Below, one piece after another: positions 55,405 to 64,000 of a stretch of DNA of 64,000 nt; position 1 is the first letter of the stretch, and the number at the start of each line of letters is the position of its first letter. The notes beneath the pieces are model-generated. The model worked only from the letters and a program-made list of their open reading frames with translations, was not told where the DNA came from and did not search any database. Location of the stretch: contig JACNJW010000040.1 in assembly GCA_014382365.1 (NCBI GenBank), forward strand, positions 15,589 to 79,588, in the 5' to 3' direction. Origin of the DNA: SAR324 cluster bacterium (GTDB lineage Bacteria; SAR324; NAC60-12). A program made the translations under genes and the position numbers.

Positions 55405-56718
55405 TCAGGAATTCACGATTTTGAGTCTGGAATATTTTTTTGGATTCTCTTCCAAATTAAGCTGTTGTGGTTTCAAGTCAAATATCTTTTTTACAGATTC
55501 CAGATAAAGGTGGGCATCTTCAGAATGTGCAATTTGCTTAAGGTTATGTGAAGGATCGTGCAACAGCTTGTGAATCAGCCTGTGTACAAACTGCTCTATT
55601 TCCTTTTGTTCTGATGCCGGAAGATTTTTCATTCGCCGAAATGCTTTCTCCATTTCCTCTTCTGCTTTGGAATGGAATGCTCTGCGCAGACTTCTAATTG
55701 TTGGTACTGCAGAAAGAGACTTAAACCAGAGTTCCACCTCCAAAATTTCCTCTTCAATTATTTCTTCTGCAACAAATGACTGTTTCTTTCGTTCCTGCTG
55801 GTTTTGAGAAACATGAGCCTGCAGATCATCAATATCATAGCAATAGGTTCCATTCAGTTCATTGATTTCAGGATCAACATCACGCGGTACTGCAATGTCG
55901 ATGAAAAACATAGAATTGCCTTTGCGTTGTCTCAGACTTTGTTTAACCATTTCTGAAGTGATAATAAAGTCACGCGCACCGGTAGAGCTGATGATAATAT
56001 CTGCTTGATGTAAATGACGTTTGAGATGTTCAAAAGGTACTGCCAGGCCCTGAAATTTTTCTGCAAGTTTTGCTGCACTTAAAAAAGTTCTGTTGGTCAC
56101 AAAAAGTTGTGAAATACCATTGCGCATGAGGTGTCGGACGGCTAATTCGGCCATTTCTCCAGCTCCAATTACCATCACTGTCTGTTTGGATAGATCTTCA
56201 AAAATATGCTTAGCAAGTTCCACTGCTGCATAACTGATGGAAACTGCATTACTGGCAAGAGTGGTTTCTGTCCTGACGCGCTTAGCAGTTGAAAATGAAC
56301 GTGTAAAAAGAGGATGAAGCAATTTTCCTGTCAAACCTGCTTCATTAAATGTATGGAAAGTGTCCTTTAGTTGACCAAGTATTTGAGGTTCTCCAAGGAC
56401 CATTGAATCTAAACTGGAGGCAACTCGAAAAAGGTGCTTTACTCCTGCTAAATTATGAATCGTATAAACACTTTCCCGCAGTTTATAAAGTTTCCAGTAA
56501 CTTTCCAACTGCTCGATAATTTGTTCAAGCTGCTCCTCTGCATTGACCAGATATAATTCCGTACGGTTGCAGGTACTTAGAATTGCGACTCCACCCAAGT
56601 CAAAGCGACCTTTCAACTGATGCCCAAGTTCTACCTGCTGCTCAGGAGTTAAAGCGAGACTATCACGAATTTCAACAGGTGTGTTTCTAAAATTCCATCC
56701 AATTACTGAAAAATGCAT
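55405..56718 (-). CDS. hemA: Glutamyl-tRNA reductase, 437 aa.
   Basis: ...VILSTCNRTELY... and the NADP-binding VIGAGEMAEL. It is directly upstream of hemC, 3 nt away. Confidence 0.9.
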   Translation of the reverse strand: MHFSVIGWNFRNTPVEIRDSLALTPEQQVELGHQLKGRFDLGGVAILSTCNRTELYLVNAEEQLEQIIEQLESYWKLYKLRESVYTIHNLAGVKHLFRVASSLDSMVLGEPQILGQLKDTFHTFNEAGLTGKLLHPLFTRSFSTAKRVRTETTLASNAVSISYAAVELAKHIFEDLSKQTVMVIGAGEMAELAVRHLMRNGISQLFVTNRTFLSAAKLAEKFQGLAVPFEHLKRHLHQADIIISSTGARDFIITSEMVKQSLRQRKGNSMFFIDIAVPRDVDPEINELNGTYCYDIDDLQAHVSQNQQERKKQSFVAEEIIEEEILEVELWFKSLSAVPTIRSLRRAFHSKAEEEMEKAFRRMKNLPASEQKEIEQFVHRLIHKLLHDPSHNLKQIAHSEDAHLYLESVKKIFDLKPQQLNLEENPKKYSRLKIVNS

Positions 56719-56870
56719 CTCTTGAAGTGTTTTTTGCTACAATGTTATTATCTTCAAATTCAAATCTAAGCAGAAAAATTTCATCCAATTTGAAAGGTAA
56801 ATTGCTTTTTTTGCTGAATCAGCGGATTATATTAGCTGACCAAAATAACTTTAAGACAGTAAATATTTAC

Positions 56871-57437
56871 ATGGTTGCATTTTTTTCAAAATGGCTGACT
56901 GCCAATCATTTAACCACATTACGGGTGGCATTGGTACCATTTATTTATGCCGGTATACTTATCGGTAAAGACGACCACTTGATATTATTCAGTACCTGGA
57001 CGATTTTTGCCTTCGCCTGCATGACAGATTATTGGGATGGTGTACTGGCACGCCATCAGGGTCAAACTACCAAACTTGGTAAATTATTGGATCCTGTAGC
57101 AGACAAAATATTAATTGGTTCTCTGCTGATTTTATTAGTTGCTCTCGGAAGAGCACCTGCACTTCTAACGGTTATACTCATCTCAAGAGAGTTCATAATC
57201 AATGCTTTACGTTCCATCGCCGCAACTGAAGGAATTATTATTTCAGCGAGTTCTGGAGGAAAATTAAAAACAATATCCCAGATGTTTGCAGTTGGTTTCC
57301 TCATCATTCATTTTCAGACCATTGGTATTCCCACCCATGATGTTGGCATAATACTACTCTGGGTTTCAGCTGCCATTTCGCTTTGGAGCGGATATAATTA
57401 TGTGGCAGGATATTTTCAGGCTCTTTCAGACAAATAA
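56871..57437 (+). CDS. pgsA: CDP-diacylglycerol--glycerol-3-phosphate 3-phosphatidyltransferase (CDP-alcohol phosphatidyltransferase family), about 188 aa.
   Basis: The CDP-OH P-transferase motif DYWDGVLARHQGQTTKLGKLLDPVADK. The start is moved to the internal Met (MVAFFSKWLTANHLTTLRVAL, typical PgsA N-terminus). The ORF-track start at 56727 would leave only 8 bp to the divergent hemA start. Confidence 0.7.
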   Translation: MVAFFSKWLTANHLTTLRVALVPFIYAGILIGKDDHLILFSTWTIFAFACMTDYWDGVLARHQGQTTKLGKLLDPVADKILIGSLLILLVALGRAPALLTVILISREFIINALRSIAATEGIIISASSGGKLKTISQMFAVGFLIIHFQTIGIPTHDVGIILLWVSAAISLWSGYNYVAGYFQALSDK

Positions 57438-57488
57438 TAGTCTGTGTATTTGCTGCTGACAGGAAGCTATTTATCTCTCGTCTGGACA

Positions 57489-57510
57489 ATAGTAGCTCAA
57501 CTGCTACTAT
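57489..57510. promoter_or_regulatory. Perfect 8-bp inverted repeat with a 6-bp spacer (ATAGTAGC-TCAACT-GCTACTAT), about 43 bp upstream of the hslV start. A TATAAT-like hexamer lies at 57526-57531. It is a candidate operator for hslVU.
   Basis: Palindrome verified base by base. Its position is in the 115-bp pgsA-hslV intergenic region. Confidence 0.3.
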
Positions 57511-57552
57511 ATACAGTCTGGTCACTATAATTATTTCTCAACAAATAAGTTT

Positions 57553-58074
57553 ATGACAACAATTCTCTGTGTTCGTAAGGACAACCGTGTTGTGATGGCA
57601 GGTGACGGACAGGTCTCCATGCAAAACACAATTATGAAACCTTCCGCTCGTAAACTACGCAACACATTTGACGGCAAAGTAATTGCCGGATTCGCGGGTT
57701 CTACTGCAGATGCTTTTACACTTTTTGAAAAATTTGACGAAAAACTGGAGCAATACAATGGAAAGCTGCTACGTTCTGCAGTTGAATTAGCAAAGGAGTG
57801 GCGTACTGACAAAATGCTGCGTAACCTTGAAGCACTGTTGGCTGTCTCCAGTGCGGAAGCTTCTTTAATCATTTCCGGAAACGGTGATGTGATTGAACCT
57901 GATGACGGATTAATCGGCATTGGTTCAGGCGGAATGTACGCACTTGCGGCGGCGCGCGCACTAATGGACTCTAAGCTCAGTCCACGAAAAATTGCAGAAA
58001 AATCTATGAAAATCGCCTCTGAAATCTGTATTTATACCAACGATAAAATCACATACGAAGAATTGAAAATTTAA
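57553..58074 (+). CDS. hslV: ATP-dependent protease subunit HslV, 173 aa.
   Basis: The N-terminal Thr protease [21 protein letters not shown] is near-identical in pattern to E. coli HslV. Confidence 0.93.
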   Translation: MTTILCVRKDNRVVMAGDGQVSMQNTIMKPSARKLRNTFDGKVIAGFAGSTADAFTLFEKFDEKLEQYNGKLLRSAVELAKEWRTDKMLRNLEALLAVSSAEASLIISGNGDVIEPDDGLIGIGSGGMYALAAARALMDSKLSPRKIAEKSMKIASEICIYTNDKITYEELKI

Positions 58075-58078
58075 ACAA

Positions 58079-59434
58079 ATGAAAGCAACCTCAGAACTTG
58101 ATATGACACCGCAGGAAACGGTGATTGCACTTGATAAATATATCATTGGTCAGACTGATGCAAAAAAAGCAGTGGCAGTAGCTTTGCGCAACCGCTGGAG
58201 ACGTCTGCAGTTGGATGATGATTTAAAAGATGAAATCCTGCCAAAAAACATCATCATGATTGGTGCAACCGGAATTGGTAAAACAGAAATTGCACGTCGT
58301 ATTTCGAAGTTGGTCAATGCACCTTTTGTAAAAGTGGAGGCTTCCAAATTTACTGAAGTCGGCTACGTGGGACGAGATGTTGAGTCTATGATTCGTGACT
58401 TAACTGATTACTCTGTTAAAATGGTGCGTGAAGAACATACAGAACAGAAAATTGAGGCTGCAATAATAATGGTTGAAGAACGTCTCCTTGATCTACTGCT
58501 ACCGCCTGTAGAAAGTGATAAAGATATTTCAACAGAAGAAGCACCTCCAAATCCGACCCGTGAGAAATTCCGTAAAAAACTGCGTTCAGGTGTACTGGAC
58601 GAAAGGATGATTGAATTGGATGTTTCAGAACGGCCATCAGGTGCTGTCATGGAGCTAATGCCGATTTCCATGAATGACAACATGGATATGAATATTAGGG
58701 ATATGCTCTCAAATATGATGCCCAAGCAATCAAAACGCCGTAGAGTCAGTATTGAGGATGCACGGAATATTTTACAACAGGAAGAGGTCAGTAAGTTAAT
58801 CGACATGGAAGAAGTGTCTCGAGAAGCTGTCTCACGGGTTGAGCAAAGTGGCATTGTTTTTTTGGATGAGATTGACAAGGTAGCTTCACGACGCAGTCAT
58901 TCTCAGGGACCAGATGTTTCCAGAGAAGGCGTGCAACGTGATTTACTACCGATTGTAGAAGGTTCAACTGTTAACACAAAACACGGACCAGTTCAAACAG
59001 ACCATATCCTCTTTATTGCTGCAGGTGCATTTCATCTTTCAAAACCTTCAGACATGATTCCAGAATTACAGGGACGTTTTCCAATTCGTGTAGAACTTCA
59101 GTCACTCAGCAAAGAAGATTTTGTCAGGATTCTTACAGAACCAAAAAATGCACTGATAGTCCAATACACAGCCTTGATGAAAACAGAAGGTGTTCTGTTG
59201 AAATTTACCAAAGCTGCCATTGAAACTATTGCAGAAATTGCCTGCCAAATTAATGAGGATTCGGAAAATATTGGTGCACGCAGACTACACACCGTAATGG
59301 AGCAACTGCTGGAAGAAGTCAGTTTTACTGCTCCGGATTTAAAGGGACAGACAATTTCTGTTACTCCGGAATATATTCAGAGTAGAATTTCAAACTTGTT
59401 AAAAAATCAGGACCTTAGTCGTTATATTTTATAA
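58079..59434 (+). CDS. hslU: ATP-dependent protease ATPase subunit HslU, 451 aa.
   Basis: ...[24 protein letters not shown]...[16 protein letters not shown]...[19 protein letters not shown]... is a strong HslU match. Confidence 0.93.
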   Translation: MKATSELDMTPQETVIALDKYIIGQTDAKKAVAVALRNRWRRLQLDDDLKDEILPKNIIMIGATGIGKTEIARRISKLVNAPFVKVEASKFTEVGYVGRDVESMIRDLTDYSVKMVREEHTEQKIEAAIIMVEERLLDLLLPPVESDKDISTEEAPPNPTREKFRKKLRSGVLDERMIELDVSERPSGAVMELMPISMNDNMDMNIRDMLSNMMPKQSKRRRVSIEDARNILQQEEVSKLIDMEEVSREAVSRVEQSGIVFLDEIDKVASRRSHSQGPDVSREGVQRDLLPIVEGSTVNTKHGPVQTDHILFIAAGAFHLSKPSDMIPELQGRFPIRVELQSLSKEDFVRILTEPKNALIVQYTALMKTEGVLLKFTKAAIETIAEIACQINEDSENIGARRLHTVMEQLLEEVSFTAPDLKGQTISVTPEYIQSRISNLLKNQDLSRYIL

Positions 59435-59460
59435 GTTAAAATACCTACAGAGGAAAATCT

Positions 59461-60372
59461 TTGGACTATCCAACTTTGCTGTTGCAATTAGAAAATCAGT
59501 TGCAGTCCCTGCATAAAAAAGGGTTTGATTATATGAATATCGAAGCCATGCCCAAAGTAGAGTTGAGGCGTCTCCTTGAAGGATTAGGCATAATTGGTTC
59601 ATCTCATGCTGAACTGCAGAACAAAGTTGAGAAAAGCAGTTTTTCATTTTCAGAACAATCACAGTCTGCAGTTGAAACTAAAGAACATAATTCACACCCC
59701 AGCATTCTCCCTCCATCAACAGGAATCTCAGATTTTCAAGATAAATTATCCTCAGCAAAACAACAGACTATAACAGAAGCCTTTGCTCAAATGGCGACAC
59801 AAAAAACTCAACCAAAAGCAGCAGAAAATCTGTCGGAACTGGCACAACAAAATGCCTCATGTAAACGTTGTAATCTGGCAAAAACCAGAACGAACCTTGT
59901 TTTTGGTAGCGGACTTTCTAGTTCTCCAGTTCTTTTTATTGGAGAAGGCCCTGGAGCAGATGAAGATGCACAGGGAGAACCTTTTGTTGGACGCGCGGGC
60001 AGGTTATTGACAAAGATGATCAATACCATTGGAATTGAGCGTGAGGATGTTTATATCAGTAACATTGTAAAATGCCGACCACCGGAAAACAGGAATCCTA
60101 CTCCGGCTGAAATTTCCTGCTGCCTGCCGATCATCAGGCAGCAAATTGAAATTATCAATCCAAAATTGATCGTTACGCTTGGTAACGTACCAACAAAGAC
60201 ACTCATTCCCGAGCTTCCTGGAATTACCAAAGTTCGCGGCAGGATTTTACAGTATGCTAACTGGACCATGCTGCCGACCTTTCATCCTTCTTACCTGCTG
60301 CGGAACCGTTCTGCAATGCCCTTAGCCTGGGAAGATTTTAAAAAAATACCTGAACTGGCATTTATCTCATGA
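59461..60372 (+). CDS. Uracil-DNA glycosylase, family 4, with a ~150-aa N-terminal extension; 303 aa in total.
   Basis: Family-4 UDG motifs GEGPGADEDAQGEPFVGRAGRLL and FHPSYLLRN. The Cys residues (CKRCNLAK...C...C) are consistent with the 4Fe-4S family-4 enzymes. Confidence 0.8.
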   Translation: MDYPTLLLQLENQLQSLHKKGFDYMNIEAMPKVELRRLLEGLGIIGSSHAELQNKVEKSSFSFSEQSQSAVETKEHNSHPSILPPSTGISDFQDKLSSAKQQTITEAFAQMATQKTQPKAAENLSELAQQNASCKRCNLAKTRTNLVFGSGLSSSPVLFIGEGPGADEDAQGEPFVGRAGRLLTKMINTIGIEREDVYISNIVKCRPPENRNPTPAEISCCLPIIRQQIEIINPKLIVTLGNVPTKTLIPELPGITKVRGRILQYANWTMLPTFHPSYLLRNRSAMPLAWEDFKKIPELAFIS

Positions 60373-60432
60373 ACCAACTCGGGTTGCAAATTCCAATTAT
60401 TCAAAGACTGTCCATCTCAATTAAGAACCATT

Positions 60433-61707
60433 ATGATTGATTTACAACCTGTCAAGGGTACACGTGATTTCTTTCCGGATGAAATGCGTCTGCGTAACTG
60501 GTTATTTGAGACCTGGCGGAGTGTCTCAGAACAAGCTGGATTCGAAGAATATGATACTTGTGTGCTGGAACATGAAGAACTTTATATTCGTAAAGCAGGT
60601 GATGAAATAAGTAAACAACTCTACAGTTTTGAAGATAAAGGAGGAAGACGCTTAAGTCTACGTCCGGAGATGACACCATCACTTGCAAGACTGGTTCTGC
60701 AGCACAAAAAATCAATCTCATTTCCAATTAAGTGGTTTTCAATGCCGCAGTGTTTCCGCTATGAACGTATGACTAAAGGTCGGAGGCGTGAACATTTCCA
60801 GTGGAATGCAGACATTATAGGTCAACCTGGCATAGTTGCAGAAGCCGAAATCCTGCTGCTGCTGATTTCTGCTTGTGAATCAATGGGACTTTCTTCAAAT
60901 AAGATTCGCATTTTTATCAATGACAGACGTATCCTGAATTCGATTCTCAGTCAAATAAAAGTGCCGCAGGAACTGCACAGCGAAGTTCTGGTTATCATGG
61001 ATAAACGTGATAAAATTTCCAGCGAAGCTCTGACAACAATGCTGGCAGAATTGGGCATGTCCTCAAAGCAGGTAGAGCAGTTAAATAGATTCCTGTTAAA
61101 ATCTGAGCTACAGGAACTACGGGACAGTTTGAATGATACTGAAGGTATCGATGAGCTGCAGAACTTAATGCAACTGCTGGAAACTGCTGGATATGCAGAT
61201 TATCTGCAATTTGACATTTCCATTGTCAGAGGCCTGTCTTATTACACAGGAGCAGTTTTTGAAGTCAACAGTCCAGAAAAACAGCACCGTGCAATTTGCG
61301 GAGGAGGACGTTATGATTCACTTCTATCTGCATATGGTGGTGAAACAGTTCCTGCAGTTGGATTTGGATTTGGTGATGTCGTAATTTTAGATGTACTGAA
61401 AGAGTTGAATCGTTTTCCGGAACTAACCAAAAACATAGATTATACAATCATTCCTTTTGACAAAGAACAGTTGGGAACTGCTTTAAAAATTGCAGCAAAA
61501 CTTCGATTGCAGGGTTCAACAGTAGATTGTAACTTTAGTTTGAAAAAGATGAAAAAAATGATGCAGCAGGCAAATGAATCCGGTGCAGCAAAAGCAGTTC
61601 TTTTGTTTCCGGATGAATTGTCTGAAAACAAGGTGGTCATCCGAGATTTGACACTACGCGAACAAAAACCTGTCAAAATAGTAGATTTATTATCTTCTGC
61701 GGAGTAG
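60433..61707 (+). CDS. hisS: Histidine--tRNA ligase, 424 aa.
   Basis: Class II motifs (...RDFFPDEM..., ...SLRPEMTPSLARLV..., ...FRYERMTKGRRREHFQ...). The C-terminal anticodon-binding domain is present. Confidence 0.9.
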   Translation: MIDLQPVKGTRDFFPDEMRLRNWLFETWRSVSEQAGFEEYDTCVLEHEELYIRKAGDEISKQLYSFEDKGGRRLSLRPEMTPSLARLVLQHKKSISFPIKWFSMPQCFRYERMTKGRRREHFQWNADIIGQPGIVAEAEILLLLISACESMGLSSNKIRIFINDRRILNSILSQIKVPQELHSEVLVIMDKRDKISSEALTTMLAELGMSSKQVEQLNRFLLKSELQELRDSLNDTEGIDELQNLMQLLETAGYADYLQFDISIVRGLSYYTGAVFEVNSPEKQHRAICGGGRYDSLLSAYGGETVPAVGFGFGDVVILDVLKELNRFPELTKNIDYTIIPFDKEQLGTALKIAAKLRLQGSTVDCNFSLKKMKKMMQQANESGAAKAVLLFPDELSENKVVIRDLTLREQKPVKIVDLLSSAE

Positions 61708-61712
61708 ACTTC

Positions 61713-62237
61713 TTGAATATTTCTAAAACAGTATCAATGCCTGCTTTCAGGTTTAACTGGATTATCATGATCCTCCTGTTGGGCTTGGATCTAGGTTCAA
61801 AGATGTGGGTCAGGGCAAACGTTGCTTTGTATGAAACGACCGAACTCCTGGCTGATTTTATCGACTTGACCCATGTACAAAATCGTGGAGTTAGTTTTAG
61901 TTTTTTAGCAGATTTAGCTGACACATATAGAATCCCGTTGATAGTAGGAGTCTCCATCCTGGCAGTTGTTGGAATGCTCTATTACCAGACTCGCTACTGG
62001 AATGAGTTGGATTTTTACTCCCGCTCTGGTTTGGCCTGTGTAATACCTGGTGCAGGCGGTAATTTATTTGATCGTACAGTTTACGGACATGTTACCGATT
62101 TTTTGCATTTTCACTGGTATGAAACAAGTTTCTTTGTCAACAACCTGGCAGATTGCTTCATCAGTCTGGGTGTTGTTTTCTTTGTACTTCAGTTGTTTTT
62201 TACAAAAAATGACGATGTCACATCAAACTCGGATTGA
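61713..62237 (+). CDS. lspA: Lipoprotein signal peptidase (signal peptidase II), 174 aa.
   Basis: LspA motifs DLGSKMWV, NRGVSFSF and FDRTVYGHVTDFLHFHW...FNLADCFISLGVV. Confidence 0.85.
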   Translation: MNISKTVSMPAFRFNWIIMILLLGLDLGSKMWVRANVALYETTELLADFIDLTHVQNRGVSFSFLADLADTYRIPLIVGVSILAVVGMLYYQTRYWNELDFYSRSGLACVIPGAGGNLFDRTVYGHVTDFLHFHWYETSFFVNNLADCFISLGVVFFVLQLFFTKNDDVTSNSD

Positions 62238-62745
62238 CCACTTTTTGCTGAACAAAAAAAAAATCATTAGCCTTTTTGCCGTGCTTTTGTTTTCAGCTTC
62301 TTTGTTCAGTTCAACAAGTATCGCACAAAAAGAACTGCGCTACATCAAAGGACTGGGCGCAGTCTTACGTGCAGACTCCTCTATTCAGAGCAAAACGCTG
62401 ACAAAACTGATCCGTGGAACTAGGGTCATTCTCCTTGAAACAAAAGGAATCTGGCAAAAAGTTAAAGCTGGAGATAATCAAGGCTGGCTGATGCGCGGGC
62501 TGTTGACAAACCAACCGATCAATCTCAAAAAGTCTGTCCTTGGACAAAAAATCAGTCTCAATGCATCTTCCGGAAGGAGATTACGTTTACGTACTTTTTC
62601 TGCAGTAATCGGAGTGAAGGGTCTGGTAGACAGTAAGGGTAAAAAAATCAGCCCATACCAAACAGACTACCAGGCACTGGAGTGGCTGGAAAAACAACCT
62701 GCAGATGAAGAAGTTTCTGTTCAATATTTAACATTTTCAGAATGA
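62209..62745 (+). CDS. Secreted SH3b-domain protein, about 178 aa from MTMSHQ....
   Basis: The start is trimmed to the internal Met that gives a signal peptide (LFAVLLFSASLFSSTSIAQ). The bacterial SH3-like segment reads GAVLRADSSIQSKTLTKLIRGTRVILLETKGIWQKVKAGDNQGWLMRGLL. It overlaps the lspA 3' end by 29 nt in another frame. Confidence 0.6.
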   Translation: MTMSHQTRIDHFLLNKKKIISLFAVLLFSASLFSSTSIAQKELRYIKGLGAVLRADSSIQSKTLTKLIRGTRVILLETKGIWQKVKAGDNQGWLMRGLLTNQPINLKKSVLGQKISLNASSGRRLRLRTFSAVIGVKGLVDSKGKKISPYQTDYQALEWLEKQPADEEVSVQYLTFSE

Positions 62746-62752
62746 GTATTTA

Positions 62753-63592
62753 ATGCTTCTTTTACGAAAATATCTGTGGTTGAATTTCTTGTTTTTTTCA
62801 CTGTTCACTGCATCTTCCATTGTGGCAGAGGAGTTTCGTCTAAGGGCTCATCACGCTTTTTGGAAAAATCAGACCGCGGATACAGAAAAGGAAATAGATT
62901 TCGGCCGTGGTGTGTCCGCAAAAATTCTGGGGAAATATCCTATTCTGCGGGACGAGCGCTCCGTAAATTACATAACAAGAATTGGTACAGGTATCTCTGC
63001 ACAACTGGGAAGACCGGAGTTAAGATATTATTTTGGAGTCCTGGATACTGAAGAAATAAATGCATTTGCAGCGCCAGGAGGCTATATCTTTGTCACCAGA
63101 GGTGCCTTGAAACTGATGCACAACGAAGCACAACTGGCAGGAGTTCTGGCTCACGAACTGGCTCACATAGATCAAAAACATATTGTCCGCAAACTTAAGC
63201 TTCAAAGCATTGACCGCTCTTTGACTTCCGGTATTGCTCAGGTTCTTGGTGGAGCCTCACTTTCAGCAAAAATTGCTTTGGAACGTCTGAATGATCTTGC
63301 CTTTAAAATGTTGATGGAAGAAGGTCTCTCCAAGGATGACGAAGCAGATGCTGATCAAAAAGCTCTGGAAATGCTGCTGTCAACCGGTTACGATCTGCAA
63401 AGCTATCTTGATTATCTGCAATCCCTGAAACCATTTTTGGAAAAAGGACAGGCAAAAGTACTTTCAAAAACTCACCCTACAATTCAATTCCGCTACAACA
63501 ATTTACGTAATTTTATCATCAAAAATGAGTTGGAGAATTTTAATGGGAAGAAAAATGAAAAACGTTTTCAGCAGAATACCGTTCAGCTTTAG
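62753..63592 (+). CDS. M48-family Zn-metallopeptidase (BepA/YcaL-like), 279 aa, with a signal peptide.
   Basis: The HEXXH motif HELAHIDQKH, the downstream Glu, and the signal peptide MLLLRKYLWLNFLFFSLFTASSIVA. Confidence 0.75.
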   Translation: MLLLRKYLWLNFLFFSLFTASSIVAEEFRLRAHHAFWKNQTADTEKEIDFGRGVSAKILGKYPILRDERSVNYITRIGTGISAQLGRPELRYYFGVLDTEEINAFAAPGGYIFVTRGALKLMHNEAQLAGVLAHELAHIDQKHIVRKLKLQSIDRSLTSGIAQVLGGASLSAKIALERLNDLAFKMLMEEGLSKDDEADADQKALEMLLSTGYDLQSYLDYLQSLKPFLEKGQAKVLSKTHPTIQFRYNNLRNFIIKNELENFNGKKNEKRFQQNTVQL

Positions 63593-64000
63593 TTTAATTG
63601 TAATTATTTGTTTCACTGCAATTCCGCTGAAAGCAGATGATGCACACTACAAAAATATGCTGGTTGGCGAACGCGCTGCAACTATGGGGGGAACCTATGT
63701 AGCAATTTCTGATGACAGTACTGGTTGCTACTACAATCCTGCAGGAATAGCCTATGCAGTTGGTGACAGCCTTTCCGGTAGTGGTAACGTTCTGCACAAA
63801 ATGAAAACAGTCTACTCTGAAACCATTGGTACTAAAGATTGGGTCCGTGAAAGTGAAGCCTTGGTACCAAATTATTTTGGCGTACTTAAAAAATACAAAT
63901 CATATTCGTTCTGCTTTTCTTATGTGGTTCCGGAGGCTTTTATTGAGCATCAGGATCTGGTTTTTGATTATCCACTCAGTACTGTTAAAAAATATTACCA
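63555..64000 (+). CDS. Partial CDS (N-terminal ~148 aa; it continues past the window end) encoding a FadL/TodX-family outer-membrane transport protein.
   Basis: Manual translation from the ATG at 63555 gives MKNVFSRIPFSFSLIVIICFTAIPLKADDAHYKNMLVGERAATMGGTYVAISDDSTGCYYNPAGIAYAV.... That is a signal peptide followed by the FadL-family N-terminal motif (G.a.a..dDas..yYNPAGla). The ORF track misses it because there is no stop in the window. It overlaps the M48 gene's 3' end by 38 nt in a different frame. Confidence 0.55.
   Translation, partial: MKNVFSRIPFSFSLIVIICFTAIPLKADDAHYKNMLVGERAATMGGTYVAISDDSTGCYYNPAGIAYAVGDSLSGSGNVLHKMKTVYSETIGTKDWVRESEALVPNYFGVLKKYKSYSFCFSYVVPEAFIEHQDLVFDYPLSTVKKYY

Noticed and set aside
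56727-56870. Extended N-terminus for pgsA starting 8 bp from the divergent hemA start.
   Set aside because: It leaves no room for divergent promoters. The internal Met gives the canonical PgsA N-terminus (MVAFFSKWLTANHLTTLRVAL).
62050-62208. Upstream extension of the SH3b-protein ORF overlapping lspA by about 190 nt.
   Set aside because: The internal Met at 62209 provides a signal peptide. The extension lies inside the lspA coding region in another frame.
63594-63797. Minus-strand 67-aa ORF at the end of the window.
   Set aside because: A better plus-strand partial gene (FadL-like, signal peptide plus NPAG motif) occupies this region. The minus ORF is Cys/Thr-rich with no motif.

Overview
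This 64-kb window comes from a Gram-negative (diderm) bacterium, about 43% GC by eye. The evidence for a diderm host is LpxB, a TolQ/TolR plus Pal-like OmpA lipoprotein set, LspA, and several proteins ending in a C-terminal Phe typical of outer-membrane beta-barrels. The taxon cannot be fixed from the sequence; an FCB/Chlorobi-like or other non-enteric lineage is possible but unproven.

Positions 1-39140 are one long minus-strand gene array, and it is the part worth attention. Read in transcription order it encodes:
- (i) a 543-aa bitopic membrane protein whose cytoplasmic part carries a FliG/MgtE_N-like helical repeat;
- (ii) a MotA/PomA-like proton channel;
- (iii) a MotB-like protein with the plug and Asp-containing TM helix and an OmpA peptidoglycan-binding C-terminal domain, joined by an unusually long periplasmic linker;
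- (iv) a 416-aa secreted protein that is probably an outer-membrane beta-barrel;
- (v) a 341-aa FecR-domain periplasmic protein;
- (vi) a 560-aa secreted lipoprotein with a PPC-like beta-sandwich;
- (vii) a single 28,440-nt ORF (2301-30740) encoding a 9479-aa Sec-signal-bearing repetitive beta-helical fibre or adhesin. It contains LamG, Ig/cadherin-like and PKD-like modules, a Ser/Thr-rich stalk, and an odd C-terminal double-hydrophobic anchor region;
- (viii) a roughly 693-722-aa outer-membrane beta-barrel protein with three N-terminal repeat modules;
- (ix) a further secreted-protein gene that runs off the window edge.

This looks like a previously undescribed proton-motive-force-driven (MotAB-type, 5:2-stator-like) envelope machine. 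It has its own FliG-like partner and is dedicated to a giant surface fibre. It may act in gliding or adhesin movement, or in deployment or secretion of the giant protein.

The giant gene contains a 2.28-kb near-100%-identical direct repeat (20630-22909 and 23960-26239), spaced at the 3330-bp (1110-aa) super-repeat period. That indicates recent duplication or gene conversion, and it is an assembly hazard.

Positions 39.1-64 kb are ordinary housekeeping genes: pal-like, tolQ/R-like, lpxB, tldD, a hypothetical pair, a small OMP, an enoyl-CoA hydratase, a lipoprotein, AMMECR1, pyrD, an FprA-like reductase, hemC, hemA, pgsA, hslVU, a family-4 UDG, hisS, lspA, an SH3b protein, an M48 peptidase and a partial FadL-like gene. 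I saw no tRNA, rRNA, CRISPR or mobile elements by eye.
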